This document shows positions 1 through 12,300 of a stretch of DNA of 64,000 nt, piece after piece (the first letter of the stretch is position 1; the number at the start of each line of letters is the position of its first letter). A program made the position numbers and the translations under genes. The notes beneath the pieces were generated by a model. That model did not search any database. It was given only the letters and a program-made list of their open reading frames with translations, and was not told the origin of the DNA. Source of the DNA: Rhodosorus marinus CCMP1338 (taxonomy: Eukaryota; Plantae; Rhodophyta); assembly GCA_029953675.1 (NCBI GenBank), contig JAMWBK010000005.1:620001-684000 (forward strand), written 5' to 3'.

Positions 1-1150
1 AATAGCCGAATCTTCGAGTACTCGACTTCTGCAAGAAGTTCTTCACGTCTTGCCGCTGGAGATACCATTAAGGCGGAGGTGCCAAATATCAATTCACTCT
101 TTCCTCGGGGCAGGAGCATTTGGACCTCAAAGCTGGCCCTTGCTCCTTCATCTTTAGTTCTCATTCGTTTCGGGGCGTTCTTTGGTTGATCTCCATGATT
201 CGTTGCCGACTTAAGCAGATCCAATACCAGTTCAGCTCGACGAGCCGCATCAGCGCAATCAACCAATTCGGTAACCTGGTATAGAGATCGGGGTGGATCA
301 GCGATTTTCATTCCGGAGAAAGCAGTTGATCAGCTTCTCCTACTTCTCAGAAAAACTCTCAAAGCCTTTCATAAGCAAAAGCAATCAAAGACTGTACTCT
401 AAGATAAAGTTCCAAAGAGCTGATTCAATGCTTCTTCTTTCTCACCTTCTTTCTCAGCTGAGGGTTCGCATTGAGATATTCATCAAGCTCCTTCAACATG
501 GCTATTTCTCAACTAAGAAAAGAAACTGAATCGATGATAAAAGAGGATCAGATTCGGTGTTCTTCAGTCTTCTCAACTTTCCATTCTTATCCCCATCCCC
601 ATTTCCGCTGAACCTAAATCGACCGATCACTGGAAAATGGGACACTAAAAAAATCTCTCCAACTGAAGAGCAAGTTGTCCAACATTTCGGGTCGATAGAC
701 AGAGCTTGGCGAGCGGGACAGAGGAGCTTATTCAGTCCTCCAAGGTTTCCTGTTTTCAATCTCTCCTGGACCTTTTGATACTGCTCTGTCTAGTCATAGA
801 GGAATCTGACTGTTGGATTCGGCATTCTAGCGGTGCTGCCTCTGAAGTCAAGATTTTGGCGGCAACACCTTGCTATTTGTCTTGAAAGAACCTCATCAAC
901 CCTAAACAATCATTCGCTGGAAATTCAATGACAACGTACACATTTGCTGCATGTCATGAGTGCACTGGGCTCTGCGATCATACCAAGGATCAACAATCGC
1001 GAAGCTATACGCTGGTTGTTCTCAGGACCGAACCTCTGGCCTGAATGGACGATCCAATGTACGTACGGAAAGGATTGTTGAATGAGTATCGATGGACTGC
1101 GTCGATTAGCACAGCAATACGACTTGTTGGCAGCGGTGACCGCGAACCAA
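1..1150 (-). CDS. Multi-exon gene of unknown function; runs off the left edge
   Basis: Minus frame 1-270 is open and protein-like (VTELVDCADAARRAELVLDLLKSATNH...PAARREELLAEVEYSKIRL). A further fragment AMLKELDEYLNANPQLRKK ends at a GTGAGA donor. A full exon chain was not resolved. Confidence 0.35.
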
Positions 1151-1740
1151 ATCAATTCGTTCGCGTTGCCTCCTGAAGACGTGCAGCCGAAATGTGCTCA
1201 TCGCACGGGGTTTGCTGGAAATGGCAACCATGTGGGTCCTAGAGTCCGCATGCGTTAGCCGCTCCATGCATCAACCTGGAAGGATCATGTGTCGCTTCAG
1301 GATGAGACCGTCTTCATTTTGGGCTACATAGGACAAGGCCAAGCAGGGCTGTATTGCCCCATCAGAACATCAACGAGCGCGGAGTTACCAGCGGTGGCTC
1401 GGGTGACATTCAATGTGGTCATCAAATGTTCAAAGGGTTAGTACAGTTAATGTCTGTACTAACCTTTTCAACGAAGGAAACGTGAGAACCCCATGGGGAT
1501 ATGCCCTGACAGCCGTTGGAAACCATCGGTCTTCATCAGCTTCTAGTTTGCAGGTTCTATAATTTATTCCAGTTCTCGGCCGTGGATCTGCTTGCGCAGT
1601 GAGTCACTCCCTCGAGGTTCAGGAAATCCTTTCAAACAGCCTAACAGTTACGCATGTTTTCGGATTGCCCGATTTGGTGAAATGAGTCGACGGAAGTTAA
1701 GAGGGCGAGCTGGAGGTTAGGAAAACAGAGATTGAAAGTG

Positions 1741-3712
1741 TTAGATCTTAATCAGCACCGCTCCGTTGGGGCTATCCTTGATCTGGTAACCCTCGGCGGC
1801 AATCTGGTCGCGAATTTGGTCAGCTAGAGAAAAGTCTTTAGACTTTCTGGCCTCTGTGCGCTGCACCAAAAGTTCCTGAAGAGCGTCTGGGATAACTTGG
1901 TCTGTACCATCTGTACCATCTTCGTCAGAGACGTTTCCGACAGTTGGGACTTTGTAAAAAACACCCAAAACCCGATCAAAATCAAGGATGCAGTCGTCCA
2001 CCGTTCTGGCGTGAGCGCTGTCCAGCTTTTCAGCCTTCAACAACTGTCAGACGGAAGACTCCAGGTCAGCATGCATGCGTCCAAGTCGCAGGTTTCAGAT
2101 CTTTGGGGTTGACACAAGTACCTTTCCAACTTTAGACATCATCTCGAAGAGAGCCGCGACGGCCCTGGGTGTGTTGAGGTCATCGTTCATCGCTGCGAGG
2201 AATGCACTCTTCGCAGTCTCAACAATAGACTCGATCTCTGATGAAGACTCCATTTCAACTGTACGTTCCTCTGCTTGAACATCCGCTAGTCGTTTTCGAA
2301 GCGCATCTAGGCGCTTTATTGTGTTTCGCGCGGCTTTCAATACATCCTCTGTGAAGTTCAGCGTTGATCGGTATTGAGACGAGACAACCAAATACCGGAA
2401 GGCGCGGGCATCATCCGGGTTCTAGGAAAGTATAACGCAGCTGAATTTATCAGTGGGAGCTCGTCTAGACAAACACGGTCAAAACGTCTTTGGGTTTCGA
2501 CTCACCTTGACAACGTCTCCTAACGTTCGAAAATTTCCAAGTGACTTGCTCATCTTTTCACCTCCGATGTTAACGAAGCCATTGTGCACCCAGAATCGTG
2601 CAAATTCCTTTCCGCTGTACGCTTCAGACTGTGCTATCTCGTTTTCGTGGTGAGGGAAGACGAGGTCAATTCCCCCACCATGGATATCAATTTGCGGCCC
2701 CAAATACTTCATGGCCATACAGGAACACTCAATATGCCAGCCTGGCCGCCCGACACCTGAGAAAGCGTATACAAGGAAAACAAAACTTTACGTACTTGGG
2801 ATAGTGGCATGGGAGTAGCTGGGACATGTTGATGGCTCCGGCCTCGCCCCAGGGAACTATGCTGGGAACTTACCGAGTGTGGAATTCCACTTCACCTCGC
2901 CGTCCTCATCTTTGTAAGCCTTCCACAGAGCGAAGTCCCGAGCATCCGATTTATCGTATTCGTCTGTATCATTCGCCTCGGTTCTTCTCGCACCTGATTC
3001 CCTCTTCTCCAGCTTCACTAATTTGCCGTAGTCGGAGAAGGAGTCTACCTTGAAATACGTAGAACCACTACTCTCATAGGCCGCACCTTTCGTCTTAAGA
3101 CCTGGATTTCCAAAAACCGCTCTATTAGCCCGCGAGACGACTTTGACAGCAAACCGCTGAGACCGCAGGAGCGGCGTGTATTTTCACACCTTCTATGAGG
3201 TCTACAATTTCCTCGATGTGCTCTGTCGCCTTGGGATACTTATCCGCTGGTATGACGTTCAGAAGCGAAAGATCGTCGAAAAAGAGCTTTGAATATTTCT
3301 CGGTAATCTCTTCGAGTGTCGAGCCTTCTCGTAGAACTCTCTTGATTATTTTATCGTCAACGTCCGTCAGGTTCATAACGTGGTTCACATCAAATCCTCT
3401 ATAGCGCAACCATCGCTTCAAAATGTCGTAGGTCAAAAAAGCTCTGAAGTTACCCACATGCGCAGAGTCGTACACAGTAGGTCCACAGCTATAGAAACGA
3501 ACAACTCCGTCCTCGTGAACAGTCCTATCGAACACCTCCTTCTTTCCTGTCATCGTATTGTACAAACTGAACTCTCCATGAATGTGCTTCTCATCCACAG
3601 CGCTCGCGCGTACCAAAAGCGAAGCTCGACCTCTTCTGCGTTCAGAAACAGCCTGGCCATGAGATCCCCAACGTGAACTCCCGATCAACGGGAGGAGGTA
3701 CGCTATCGTCAT
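1741..3712 (-). CDS. CARS: Cysteinyl-tRNA synthetase, organellar (N-terminal transit peptide), multi-exon
   Basis: Motifs [73 protein letters not shown] and [14 protein letters not shown] at 3712 is followed by an S/R-rich leader; stop TAA at 1741. Confidence 0.95.
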
Positions 3713-4145
3713 CACTCGTCTCTTTGTCAAAAAACCACAACCAAAACAACAACAACAAAACAACACAACAACAACCAAACTGTACTCACAGAAACGAGCC
3801 AGCTACAGCAAAAAAGGAACAATACATTCGCCTCTAAAGCTAATAAAAACTTTACAAATACAAATACTACCAGTCTATCTCTCCTGCCTCTCTCCCATCT
3901 CCACCCCCCTTCCCCAGCCAAAACCCTCATCTGATCACTCGATACCAAACCACCAAAATCTCAACGAGAAAATTAAAATCGGCGTTTTCAGGAGCAAAAA
4001 CCGGGCCAAACGTTAAACTTGTAACATTCGCACATAAGATCCAAGAAACTGGATACTATAAAATATATCTTTTAAAGGAATATTCGCTAGTGGCTTCAAA
4101 TCCTGAGAGTCAGCTGTCACCCCCACGACCGAGATTTCCCTTGCT

Positions 4146-4157
4146 ATATTGATTGAA
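4146..4157 (-). promoter_or_regulatory. TTCAATCAATAT motif copy in an AT-rich intergenic core (candidate cis element)
   Basis: ATATTGATTGAA at 4146-4157 is the reverse complement of the motif repeated at 10851, 11203 and 11255. A regulatory function is inferred only. Confidence 0.3.
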
Positions 4158-5337
4158 AAGAATATTTAACAAAAAATAATAATTTTACGAGGGATTTTGG
4201 TAGAGGGGTTACGTAGTCGAATGAAAAAAATATATCTTATAAAAAAAAGTTTTAAGAAAGAGAAAGTTTTGTAGAGGAATATCAAAAGGGGTAGTGTGAG
4301 GGGAGAATAATACATAATGACTGATAGCCGTTTTCGAGTTGGTTTGGTAAGGCAGAGAAGGAGAGCTTTTGCTCCTGAAGAACAGGATCGAACTCGTCTG
4401 CGAGCACAAGGATGATTCTATCGATAGATAGTCACTATTATGATATCCGAAAGCTTCCAATTCGTTATGGATGATCCCCGCCTGAGAGTAGACGGGGGCG
4501 GTGTGGACGAGACTCAATAAGATAGTTTTGGGGAGGTAAGATCGTCCGAGGCTGTCCTGAAGGGATCGTCTGGCCGTCCATGTCCGAAGTCGTGCTTGGA
4601 GATCATAGTTTGTTCAGCAGATGCACAAGAACCGAATGTTTTTCCGGCAGTCTGCTGAAATTTTATTCCTATAGGTCTGCTCGTCACCATGCGGCTCTCA
4701 AGGGAGTTTTCGATGGAGACTGGCGGAGGAGTGAAATTTTTCAGCCGCAGCCTGCGCTCTTCAGCCTCCAATCACGGGGAATATCTTGAAAACTTTTATG
4801 ACACATCCAGCCAAAACCCTGTGGCTTCCAACCAAAAGGTAAAGCCTTTCGTCTCCTAAAAGGCCCCTCCACTCGGTTGTCGACGATCTTCGAATCACCA
4901 TCCTCCTAGAGACCTGCTAACGCACCCTGGTCGAGTTCATTCCATGCTATCTACAAGACAACCTCGATGAACCGTCGTGAGTTCTGATTCAACCGAACAG
5001 GGTGGGCTTGTGCAGGTTTTCAAGAACTATCCTGGTAGTGAAGACCAGCTAAAGATGAGGGAGGCAGAACGCCAAATTGACACGACTCCATCCAGACGAC
5101 ATTCACCACAAATCAATCGGTGCTTTGCCTGTCTTCCCCGGCCTCCAACTCCTAAGTGATCCTCCTCATTCACGCGTCCTGTACTCCGGGTGGGGAAGAT
5201 GACGACCGCGAACTCGAAAGGAATGATTCTGATGGGAAGCATTTAAGGGACACTAAGATTCTTACCCTGAGCCCTGGAATTCACGCTTTCGCATAAGTCT
5301 GACTCAGTTTGAGCGGGGCGAGGGCCGTGAGAGAATC

Positions 5338-8036
5338 ATGGCTCCGGTTCACCGTCGGGGTGTGGGCATTTCGCCCTTCGAACAGCACCGACTTGAGAAA
5401 GAGCAGAAGGAGAACAGAGAGAAGGCAGATACGGAGGCTGTGTTTGAGTCTTTTGTGAAGTCTTTTGAGGTTGACGAGGAGGAAGAGGAGGAGAAAAGAG
5501 CAGGTGGTCTAGGATTTGTTCAAGGAGGCACAGCATTCGGTGACAAGGCCGACTCTGAAGACCTGGAGAAGGTCACAAAAGTGAAAAAGAAGAACCTGTT
5601 TCTCCCCCCCCAGACCGTCAGAAATAGCTCGCATAAAGCTGCCAAAAAGCCTCGACCGATTTCAGACGATGACGACGACGACGTGGTACAGTAAGCTCAG
5701 ATCTTAAGAGGGAAGAATGCGATAGTCATCGTTTCTCAAGCTGAGGAAGTCAAAACCAAACCCCTTTTCTTCATCCCAGGATTGCAAAAGGTCCGAAGAA
5801 GAGAAATATTGATGTTCTCATGGAAGATCTAAAGAAGAAGCAAGAAGCAAGGGAAAGGTTTGGAGTCAGCGACTTGTCGCCGGTCGCAGCAGGCGATAGG
5901 AAAGGTTCCTTTGATGCCGGTGATCCCACTACCACTAATATCTTCGTCGGCAACCTGGTAGGCTTCCCTTCGCACGATTCTGAGTAGATCTCCTTATGGA
6001 CGCGCGGGGGCGGAAGATGATTCATTCTGCGGCATCGCTTCTATTCCAGCTTCGGACCAGGCAATCCAAGATTTGCGTGAAGCTGGAATATAGGGCGTTC
6101 CACGGAACGGATCATCTTCTAGTGGCCTGCGCAGACTCAACAGAGTCAACCCGTGACTGGCCGATGCCAGAACTTGTCGAATCGGCTTCTAACTCTGTGG
6201 AACGAATGCGCGTCATCTTGCACAGTCTCCATTAATAGAAGAGGAGAGGTTGCTTAGGCTCTTCGGCAAATATGGTCCGATTGCCAGCATAAAGGTCATG
6301 TGGCCGAGGACTGAAGAGGAGCGAGCGAGAGGTCACGTCTCTGGGTTTGTTGCCTTCATGGAGAGAGTTGACGCTGAAGCTGCTCATGACGCCCTTCGGC
6401 GACATTCGCTAGACGGTAGAGATCTTCGATTGGCATGGGGAAAGGTAAGAATGTGACGAATTTGGGTCATGTTGAAGCTCGAAGATGAGTTGAGCAAACA
6501 CGTATCCTTCGCTCGAATTGAAAAAAAAGGCCGTTGCAAGACCTTCTGCGCCCCTGCCGCTTCCTGAGGGAATGGAGTATGGAGGGTCTGCCTCGAAATC
6601 GCTTAAAGTGGACGAAGCGATAATAAGAGCGGATTCATCAAAGCCAGAGATTCGAATTAGCATTCCACTGGATCTCGCACGAAGAAGAGAAATAAACCTC
6701 CTTGCAGCGTTCGTAGTTAAAGAAGGATTTGAATTTGAGAAGGCGGTTACAGAAAAGGAATCGGTGAGCAAAGGCACAAGATCGTCTGTGTGCCTGGAGG
6801 GAGGGGTTCTAGTCTAATCGAACTTTCGTCAATATGGTGTGTAGGAAACTGGCTCCTCATCGCGGTTCAAGTTCCTTTTCGATAAGACGGAAATGCATTC
6901 GTCGGAGGGGCGATATTATCGATGGCGTGTGTACTCGCTTCTACAAAATGATCTAGACAGACAGTGGCGGACGTTTCCGTTCGCAATCGCCGAGAGCAGT
7001 GCCCTGATTAATCCACCAACATGTGGAACCCCTATGCACAATCCAGGCTGGAGAGATTCAGAGGGTAAAGCCAAACGAACGGGGGTCGCCAGCTCAGAGT
7101 TAGCTGACAGCAAGGACCCCAGCACGATGGATAGTCAGCTTTTGGATGAAGACGAAAAGAAGCTCACCCAACTTTTACGGTAATTGGCTCAGTTTCCAAA
7201 GCAGCTACTTGCACGGAAGGTCATCTGACGCATGTCGTTCTTTTCGTGCGCTGAGCAGCTCGCTTAGCAAGCGTCGAGAATCTGTTGCCGACGCGATGGT
7301 GTTCTGCGTGAGCAGGGCTTCGTGCGCGGGTGACATTGTGTCCATAATTGCGGAATCCCTAACTCTCAGCGAAACTCCCATAGACGTGAAGATTGCCAGG
7401 CTTTTCTTGGTATCTGATATCCTGCACAACAGCGCGTCAGCCCAAGTCAAGAACGCTTGGGCTTACCGGTCAAGGTTTCAGATGGTGTTGGACGACGTCT
7501 TCGATTCGATCGGTAAGCAGTAGGAACAATACGGCTAGCTTTTGACAGCCCGGTTTGCTCTAGTTCTGAACATTGCTTTCGTTTTTGTTTCAGGAGGAAG
7601 CTATAGAGATATTGACGGGCGGTTAACGGCGAATGCGGTCCGCTCTCAGGTAGAGAGGGTCCTTGGGGCTTGGGATACGTGGTCACTGTACGCTCCAGAA
7701 GTCCTTGAGAAGTATCGGAATCTGTTCCTTGGTTTGGTGGATGAGCTGAATCGCGGTAGACTCGAGGCAGAAACTCTTAGAGAGCCAGCCACGAAGGAAA
7801 CCGATCCTGGATTTCGGTCAGCCGATTCGAAGGTGGACGCTGAGAAAGAATCCTTGGACGGCGAGCCTCTTGAAGATGATGTGGATGGAGAACCGCTGGA
7901 AGATCTCGATGGAGAACCCCTTGGAGACGGTATTGATGGAGAACCGCTCGAAGAAGAGTTGGACGCGAAACCAATGCAGCAGGATAACACAGAGGAGGGT
8001 GATCACAACGAAGGATACGACGGGGAAGCGCTCTAG
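5338..8036 (+). CDS. U2SURP: U2 snRNP-associated SURP motif-containing protein (SR140): RRM, SURP, CID and acidic DGEPL repeats
   Basis: KKRNIDVLMEDLKK; DAGDPTTTNIFVGNL|SPLIEEERLLRLFGKYGPIASIKVMWPRTEEE (RRM); LAAFVVKEGFEFE and RYYRWRVYSLLQND (SURP); KIARLFLVSDILHNS (CID); C-terminal DGEPLE repeats. Confidence 0.9.
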
Positions 8037-8277
8037 TGACAATCCTGCTCGGACCCTCAGATTGCTGTTCAGGTGTTGTAGATGCGATCCATATTCGTGA
8101 AGGGTGCTTATTATTGTAAAAGCGTTTGTGAAGAGTCCGTACCAGCAACTGTTTCCAAGGAACATTAGTGGACGTGTTTAGATAGTGGGCATTGAGATCT
8201 GACCAAGACCATCCCTTAGAGGTTGGATTCTAAACCACAACCACTGGCGAGGACTCTGGCTGTGTCAAGCCAGCACC

Positions 8278-9387
8278 TCAGCATCTCAATTCGCGATAGA
8301 ATTGTGACGTATAGGCTGTGACCAACGGATAACTTTTCCGTAGCTCCTTTTGGTACTCACACATTCCAGGATAACCGGTCTTGGGCAGAAAAGGTTTATC
8401 CACCGCGTTGAAACGTCTCCGTGCAAACTCCTCTGGCAAGACAAAAAGGCAAGCACAGAAGGCAGCCAGTTGGATGTCCACATATGTCCATGCGTCACCA
8501 AACAGGAACTTTCTTCCCTCAAGCGTTTTCTCGGCTTCGTCGAGGATCTCCTGGATATATGCCTTACTTTCGGGCACTTTCGCTGCTGGGAAAACTTTCT
8601 TGACCATACTGCAAGAGAACAGACGACACTCTCGAAAGTAGTCAGTTCCTGGACACGAACGGATAAAGGCTCGTGCTGGCGCATGATCGACTAACCGGCT
8701 CAATACCGGATATGCAAGTGTATGAAAATACTTCTGCCACTCCGGTACGTGGTGGACACATCTGCCCCCAATATCTTTTATGAAGTCCGCATCGATCATG
8801 TTGTAGAAGAGGATTTGCATTTTGGTTCCCATAACGTCCAACCGCTTTTCAAACTCCAAGGTTTCTAGTGTAGGGGTCAGAAACTTTGCCTTCTCTTCAT
8901 TCTGTGTGCCATGCTGGCTTGCCCAGAGATATCGAAGTATGTCAACGGAGTTGTACATAACTGAAACAAACGGTCCTATGAAAAATTCAAACCGCAGCAT
9001 TAGCACGAGCCTGAAAATGTCATTTGTTCGAGTAGGTAAGACGAGTTCACTGAGCAGGTGCGGTTTACCTTTTTTTATTTTCAGCACGGGAACAGGTCTT
9101 CCGCTGAAGAATATTCCTAAGAGGGACATATCCGTTTCCTCCTCATACTTCAATCCCAAAATATCCATGGAGAATCTGACCTTCTCCACGAAATGACTAG
9201 GAGGGATCGAACACAGAATCATTCCGGAGTCTCTGTTCTTCAATGTGCGCATTACTCGAAGCCACGAGAGGAAACCCAGCGCAACACTCACTGCTAAACC
9301 TCCAAGAACTGGCAGGCCCAACAGAGACGTCACCAATGGAGCGGAAATGAGGAGGAAACTCCACCTAGCACTCTTCCCGAAACTCAT
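8278..9387 (-). CDS. Glutathione S-transferase-like protein with an N-terminal membrane anchor; two probable introns (9068-8961, 8695-8609)
   Basis: Hydrophobic N-terminus, then SIPPSHFVEKVRFSMDILGLKYEE, VPVLK and YNSVDILRYL (GST N-domain-like), and RKFLFGDAWTYVDIQLAA (GST C-domain N-cap-like). Confidence 0.7.
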   Translation of the reverse strand: MSFGKSARWSFLLISAPLVTSLLGLPVLGGLAVSVALGFLSWLRVMRTLKNRDSGMILCSIPPSHFVEKVRFSMDILGLKYEEETDMSLLGIFFSGRPVPVLKIKKGKPHLLSELVLPTRTNDIFRLVLMLRFEFFIGPFVSVMYNSVDILRYLWASQHGTQNEEKAKFLTPTLETLEFEKRLDVMGTKMQILFYNMIDADFIKDIGGRCVHHVPEWQKYFHTLAYPVLSRLVDHAPARAFIRSCPGTDYFRECRLFSCSMVKKVFPAAKVPESKAYIQEILDEAEKTLEGRKFLFGDAWTYVDIQLAAFCACLFVLPEEFARRRFNAVDKPFLPKTGYPGMCEYQKELRKSYPLVTAYTSQFYRELRC

Positions 9388-10295
9388 CTTTTAAAGATCT
9401 GTTCCTCAGAAACAGTATCGACATGCACCTCTCGACAGGGAACAGTCATCAATTTCCTCCCATATCAAACTATTCCGCCTCTTCCAGCCTTTCTGAAAAC
9501 GCAATGCTCTTTTAAGGTCAGCACTTTAGCCCCCTTTCTCAACCCATACGCGCATCCGCCTTCAGTGCTGCCCCAGATCATCCTCCCGATCTACCCGCTA
9601 AGTATTTACCGAGCCTGAGTAACCTGTCAAGGCATCTGACCCATCACGCTTTTCATCAATGAAACCATCATCCCCACCACTACCACCACCCCACCCCTCC
9701 CTTGAAACCGCACAAAATATACTATCATTAACTATCGTAGTTTTTAAAAACTATTTATCCCGAGTCCATGTCCGAGATACCCTCCTAAAGAATTGTCATT
9801 TGATCAGGGAAAATCTAATTAAAAACCACTCGAGTCCAGCGTCCCAGCTTCTGACAGTTAACACCATCGCAGTGCAATTTCCTTCCTACCCCTGTCAATA
9901 TTATACCATAAAAAACTATACAGTGATATAAAATGAAAATAATTTGAAAAGTCAACCCCCGGGTGTTCTTTTTGTTTGAGAAAAGTGCCGCGTTGGATGT
10001 GCAAATTTTTTTTTTGGGGGGGGGGTGCCAAAAAGCCCTTCTAAGAGTTTCACATCGAGAGCTGATATGAAACTACGTGGTTGTGGAGACGTTGTGGGAT
10101 CGAGAATTCAAGTTGTTTTAGAACTTCAGTGGGCATCGAATCGCCAAAATTTTATGTGGCCCTGTCCTTGTCTTTTGTCTGGTCAAGCGCTGTCCGGTCT
10201 TTGCACTGCGAACGAAAGGTTTCTTTCTGGTTTGGCTCGAAGAGAAATTTAGTCTTTGTTCAGCTTCAAGAGTCTACGTCCAAGGCATCCTCCCC

Positions 10296-10660
10296 CTAAG
10301 TGAGGGTCCCTTCTCCTCGCGGAGACTGCAAGGGGCCGTGCGCTAGTGATAGACCCGCTTGAGGAGAGTGTTGGAGTCGGGATCTGTTGAAGTTAAGCAC
10401 TGCTGCAGCGTTGACTGATCTGCTTGCCTCAAATACCTGCCTAATCATAACTTCTTCTGATGCAGAGGGCCGATGATTCTCTGCAGCCTCGCTGTCGATG
10501 TCACAGCACGCGATATTCGCAAGCAACTCTTCCGGATATGGACCTCCCCAGGACCTCCCCTCACTTTCAGTAGAGACTCAATGCTTCCAAGTAGACTAGA
10601 CCTTTCTTCGAGGGCTTCCAACCCCGAGAAGGGAGAATTACAAGGAACGAGCTTCAAGTA
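10296..10660 (-). CDS. Possible small spliced gene of unknown function
   Basis: Two minus-strand ORF pieces (LEALEERSSLLGSIESLLK and LLANIACCDIDSEAAENH...) are joinable by a GTGAGG...AG intron. A C/A-rich plus-strand stretch at about 10750-10840 resembles the leaders of other minus-strand genes. No family recognised. Confidence 0.25.
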
Positions 10661-11147
10661 TAAGGGCGGCTGAACTTCGCCACTGGGCTAGGCTAGACTA
10701 AGCAGAGTAGGGAAACCCGTCCAGCGATCAAGTTAATCCCTCAAAGCACTATCGCAACCAGAGAAACTCCCCTCCACAGCGCCCACAACCAATCTTCGGC
10801 AGTCATAAAACCAAAATAAAAATATTTAAAAAAACAGAAGGAAATCCGTATTCAATCAATATACTGATCATATTGATATTAAAATTATTCCTGACATCCA
10901 TACAAATGGTTTTATGATTCTCATTCATTTGTCACGTTTCGTCCGATAAAAGGATCTTTAAATCCTTAAAAGGAACGCTATAATATTGAAATCAACCAAA
11001 ACTTGGATATATTTTCTTTTTTAAAAACATGTCTATTTTGCAAGGGTTTATCGGACATACGTTGTAAATGAATTGTACATAAAATTACCAGACTTTTTAA
11101 TATTATAGGTATATTTTTAATCGGACTTTTTCATGACAGCCAGAACC

Positions 11148-11300
11148 TATTCAATCGATATAATCCCAATATTGATTTCGCAATCCGTTTTTTACCCGAT
11201 TCTATTCAATCAATATAATCACAATATCGATCTCGCAATCCCTTTTACCCGATTTATTCAATCAATATAATGATATTGATTTCGGCCAATCCGTTTTTTG
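11148..11300. repeat. Degenerate tandem repeat, about 52-55 bp x 3, in an AT-rich intergenic region
   Basis: Units start at 11148, 11203 and 11255: TATTCAATC(A/G)ATATAAT...AT(T/C)GAT(T/C)TCG(...)CAATCC... Confidence 0.85.
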
Positions 11301-11599
11301 TTTTTTTTGTGAGAGATTCAATGGATCGATGGTAGTGGCCGGGGAAGGAGATTGGTGGGGGGGGGGTGGGGTACAGGAGGATGGGGTTGGGTTGGGGAGG
11401 ATCCGTTTAGATCTTGTTGAGAGTTTCTCACAAGATCTTCGGTTGGGGAAGGTGAAGATGGGTGAGGAGTTTGGTAACTTTTGATGACTTAGGGTTAGAA
11501 ACGTTTCAAATTTTTTTTTTATAGTTAGAGAGTGATTATTGGAAGTGCTCTGGAGAGAAAATCCTAGCGATCGGAATTTTGAGCGAGGGATTGGTAAAA

Positions 11600-12098
11600 A
11601 TGGGACTTGAGGTAAGAGAGGGTCAGAGTTTCTGAGATTGGAGATTGGAGGACGGATTTGGCTGATGTGGTTTTCGGCTTTTTCTTTTTTTTGGGGGGTC
11701 GTGATTTTTGGGTGGTTGTGGATTTGTATAGGATGCTTTTAATTTCGCGGCAGAGAGAGTTAAGGAGGAGACGTCCATGAGCAACGAAAATCAGCTCGCG
11801 CTGTATGCGAATTTCAAGCAGGCGAAGTTCGGCGATTGTAACACAAGTGAGATATCATCATCTGGGCTTTGCAAGTATTTAGTGATTTCATTTGAGCCGT
11901 TGAGTTCTCGTCTTAATCTTCTTGTCCCTCTCTCTTTGTTGGTGCCTAGAACGACCTGGTGGCTTGTTGGCCATGAAGGACAAGGCCAAATGGGATGCAT
12001 GGAACGAGAAGAAGGGAGTTTCAAAGGAACAGGCGATGAGGGATTATATCGCAAAGGTTGATGCAATCTGTGGAACGAACATCGCCAGTACCGTATGA
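11600..12098 (+). CDS. ACBP: Acyl-CoA-binding protein, three exons
   Basis: Spliced product MGLE|[38 protein letters not shown]|[49 protein letters not shown]. It carries the ACBP signature LYxxFKQAxxG...KWDAW. Confidence 0.95.
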
Positions 12099-12300
12099 GA
12101 CAATCCAGGCTCGGAAAACAAGCTTTGGTGATGAGGCAAGGTAGCGAGTCAGGACGAAGTTGATGTTGGTTTCAGTTATTTTCCTTTACGGGGACTCAAA
12201 AACCGGGAAGGGCTCAGCGGTTCCTTGTGGATTTCCAGGACCCCCACATCCTCAGGGTCTTCAGAGTTCACCAAGAATAAAAGCCATCCCTGACGGCTAG

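Noticed and set aside
4085-4110. GGCTTCAAATCC resembling a tRNA T-loop
   Set aside because: The flanks do not form a T-stem and no cloverleaf can be built.
4514-5242. Short ORFs between CysRS and U2SURP (85 aa minus, 60-71 aa others)
   Set aside because: No consistent start or exon chain and no recognisable motif; may hide a small gene but not supportable.
5959-6225. Unusually long (267 nt) U2SURP intron as a possible snoRNA host
   Set aside because: No canonical C/D box pair or H/ACA layout was found.
7850-7960. DGEPL(E) peptide repeats
   Set aside because: A normal feature of the U2SURP C-terminus, not a novelty.
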